From Vicugna vicugna (Eukaryota): a DNA stretch of 64,000 bases. The notes under the pieces are model-generated. The model saw nothing but the letters and a program-made list of their open reading frames with translations. It was not told the origin of the DNA and did not search any database. A program made the translations under genes and the position numbers. The stretch is taken from positions 2,999,523 through 3,063,522 of the forward strand of contig MU058463.1 of assembly GCA_013265495.1 (NCBI GenBank), read 5' to 3'. This document shows positions 62,076-64,000 of this stretch, piece by piece. The stretch's first letter is position 1; each line of letters begins with the position of its first letter.

Positions 62076-63196
62076 TCAAAACACTTTTTAAAGAGCTAAC
62101 AGACTAATTTGGAGATCTTGAAGAATTGGTTGACCTAGGAAAACAGGTTTTAAACCAATGATATCAACATTATTTTAATTAGCAATAAATAATTGCATTG
62201 ATAATCAAGCCACACTTTTGGCAATGGTAAGCAGAACCACTTTACCATGGTTGCATTTCAGGCTGATCTGAGACTTACATACAGTAATCAATGTATGTGG
62301 ATTCCTTTCTGAAGCCATTTGTGCCTCTTGAAAGGAAAAAAAATGTATCTCTGATGGTCTAGTGTTGGCTATATGTTTTCTTAATGTGAAATGAATGTTT
62401 GTGCTTATTATACTAATGTGAGTCTGCCATGCCCTAAAAATTATTACTCCAAATCAGTGGTGTTTGAGCTGTTACTAGTGTGGTTGCTAGTCGATACTGA
62501 AATGCATTCATTAGCTCCACATGACAGAAATTGTACCCCACTACAGTTCTTTCTCCTTCTCCTTCTTCTTCTTTTTTTTTTTTTTTCTGGTCAGGCTGAC
62601 TGTTCTGCCTTTGGAACAGAATGAGATAATAGTTAAGTGAGCAGACAATGAAGATTTTATAGAACTGGGATAGACTTCCTGCAGCCACACATGGGGTTTT
62701 GCTCATTTTGTCAATTTGGTTATATTGTAAAGACATCATCTCTTTTCTGACTGTGATAAAAAAAAATATGTTTTGACAGTCTATATCAATAAAATGACCT
62801 CATTATAATGTTAGAACTTTTCAAATTTATTTAAGACCTAGCATCATGAATGGTCTGGTCTTTTAATTCTTATACTTTTTGGATGTATTTTGTCTGCTTC
62901 TCTTTATTCCAAATGCTAAGTTTCTGCTGTGAACTGCCTTATAAAAATGAACTTAGGCTTTGGTGGTAGCCAGACATTGGCATTTGCATGTTATTCAGAG
63001 TCTGTTCTTTATCTACTGGATGAATATGTCTCATTAATATGCATTAATACTTGATTTCTTTTCTGTGAAAGAGATGATACAAGTCTTTAGCATTCTTCAC
63101 CCCAAAAGAAAAATCAGGGTATTATTTGTAAGAGAAAATAAAGACAATTATTCGGATAACTTAAGCCCATCTCTCTCAAACTTTGTTGTTAAAATA

Positions 63197-63420
63197 ATAG
63201 TCCCCAACCTGGGGCAATGTTGTTTCACTTAGCACTTGGCAAGGTCTGGAAGCATCGTTTATTGTCAAGTTGGGTGGGAGGAGGGTGTTTGCCACTGGCC
63301 TCTAGTGAGTGGAGTCCAAGGAAGGGGTTAAATATCCCACAATGTACAACATGGCCCCCACAGCAAAGAATTACCATGATCTGGTTCAAAATGTCGATAG
63401 TGCTGAGGTTTAGAAACTGA
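63197..63420 (+). mobile_element. MER20 hAT-Charlie MITE
   Basis: TTGGCAAGGTCTGGA...ACTGGCCTCTAGTGAGTGGAG...CAAAATGTCGATAGTGCTGAGGTTTAGAAAC. Confidence 0.85.
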
Positions 63421-64000
63421 GGTCTAAAATATCCCAGTGTCTCAGTTATTGCTATAAAAGCTAGGGTTTAGATTTTTAAATATTCAAAATATTCAGATAA
63501 GATTCTTAAATATCTATCACCTGCTACCTACAAAGAACTGGACATAATTTTTAAGATATCTTGGTGCAAATTCTATTGACATATTGAGAATTTTTTTTTT
63601 TGGAAAAAGGCTAAACCAAATGAAATAGAAATATATGCATGTTTTTCCTTCAAAGTGATTTTTAAATTGTGAGAATAAGGCTGAAAATTTGAAACCTTAT
63701 TTTTATAAAGCACCTTTTCATTAAAAAATAATCTAGAGAATTCTTTTAGTTCTTTTTTAAAGTCAAAAGATCAGGCAAATATAGAAAATAGAATTTATTT
63801 CCTTTTTCTTTCAAGATGCACTGCTTCTACCTCTTTAAATAAATGCATGCTGTGTAAAGACTGACAATTGAATCCTTTTATCTGATCTCTGAGTATTAGA
63901 TCACTTGGAATTTAAGAAAATACAAGTTACATTGACTCTTAGAAAAACAGCCTATATCATAGAAACACACATGTACACAGAGATATGAATCAACAAAGAA

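Noticed and set aside
1..64000. CRISPR array, operon or other prokaryotic/viral system
   Set aside because: No regularly spaced repeat-spacer array, no long ORFs and no ERV internal coding region; the content is ordinary eutherian repeat-rich non-coding DNA

Overview
Mammalian non-coding genomic DNA, AT-rich and CpG-poor, dense in eutherian interspersed repeats (MIR, L2, old L1M, MaLR/ERVL LTRs, hAT-Charlie MER elements). A tRNA-derived SINE resembling camelid Vic-1 at ~31.7 kb, cetartiodactyl/camelid-type L1 3' ends, and no recognisable Alu, Bov-A/BovB, PRE-1 or SINEC suggest a camelid genome (inference from recalled consensus sequences, no search run). I recognise no protein-coding exon or RNA gene. 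The only ORFs with recognisable protein sequence are decayed L1 ORF2p C-terminal fragments, so the window reads as a long intron or an intergenic region. I found no evidence for a novel biological system. Items worth a second look: a near-consensus REST/RE1 site inside an old L1, a 30-nt candidate microexon, a candidate recursive (AG|GT) splice point next to a CpG-retaining island, a diverged local duplication at 45/47 kb, perfect palindromes, several nested TE insertions with readable TSDs, and repeat-free motif-rich islands that may be enhancers. Repeat subfamily names and most boundaries are by-eye and approximate.
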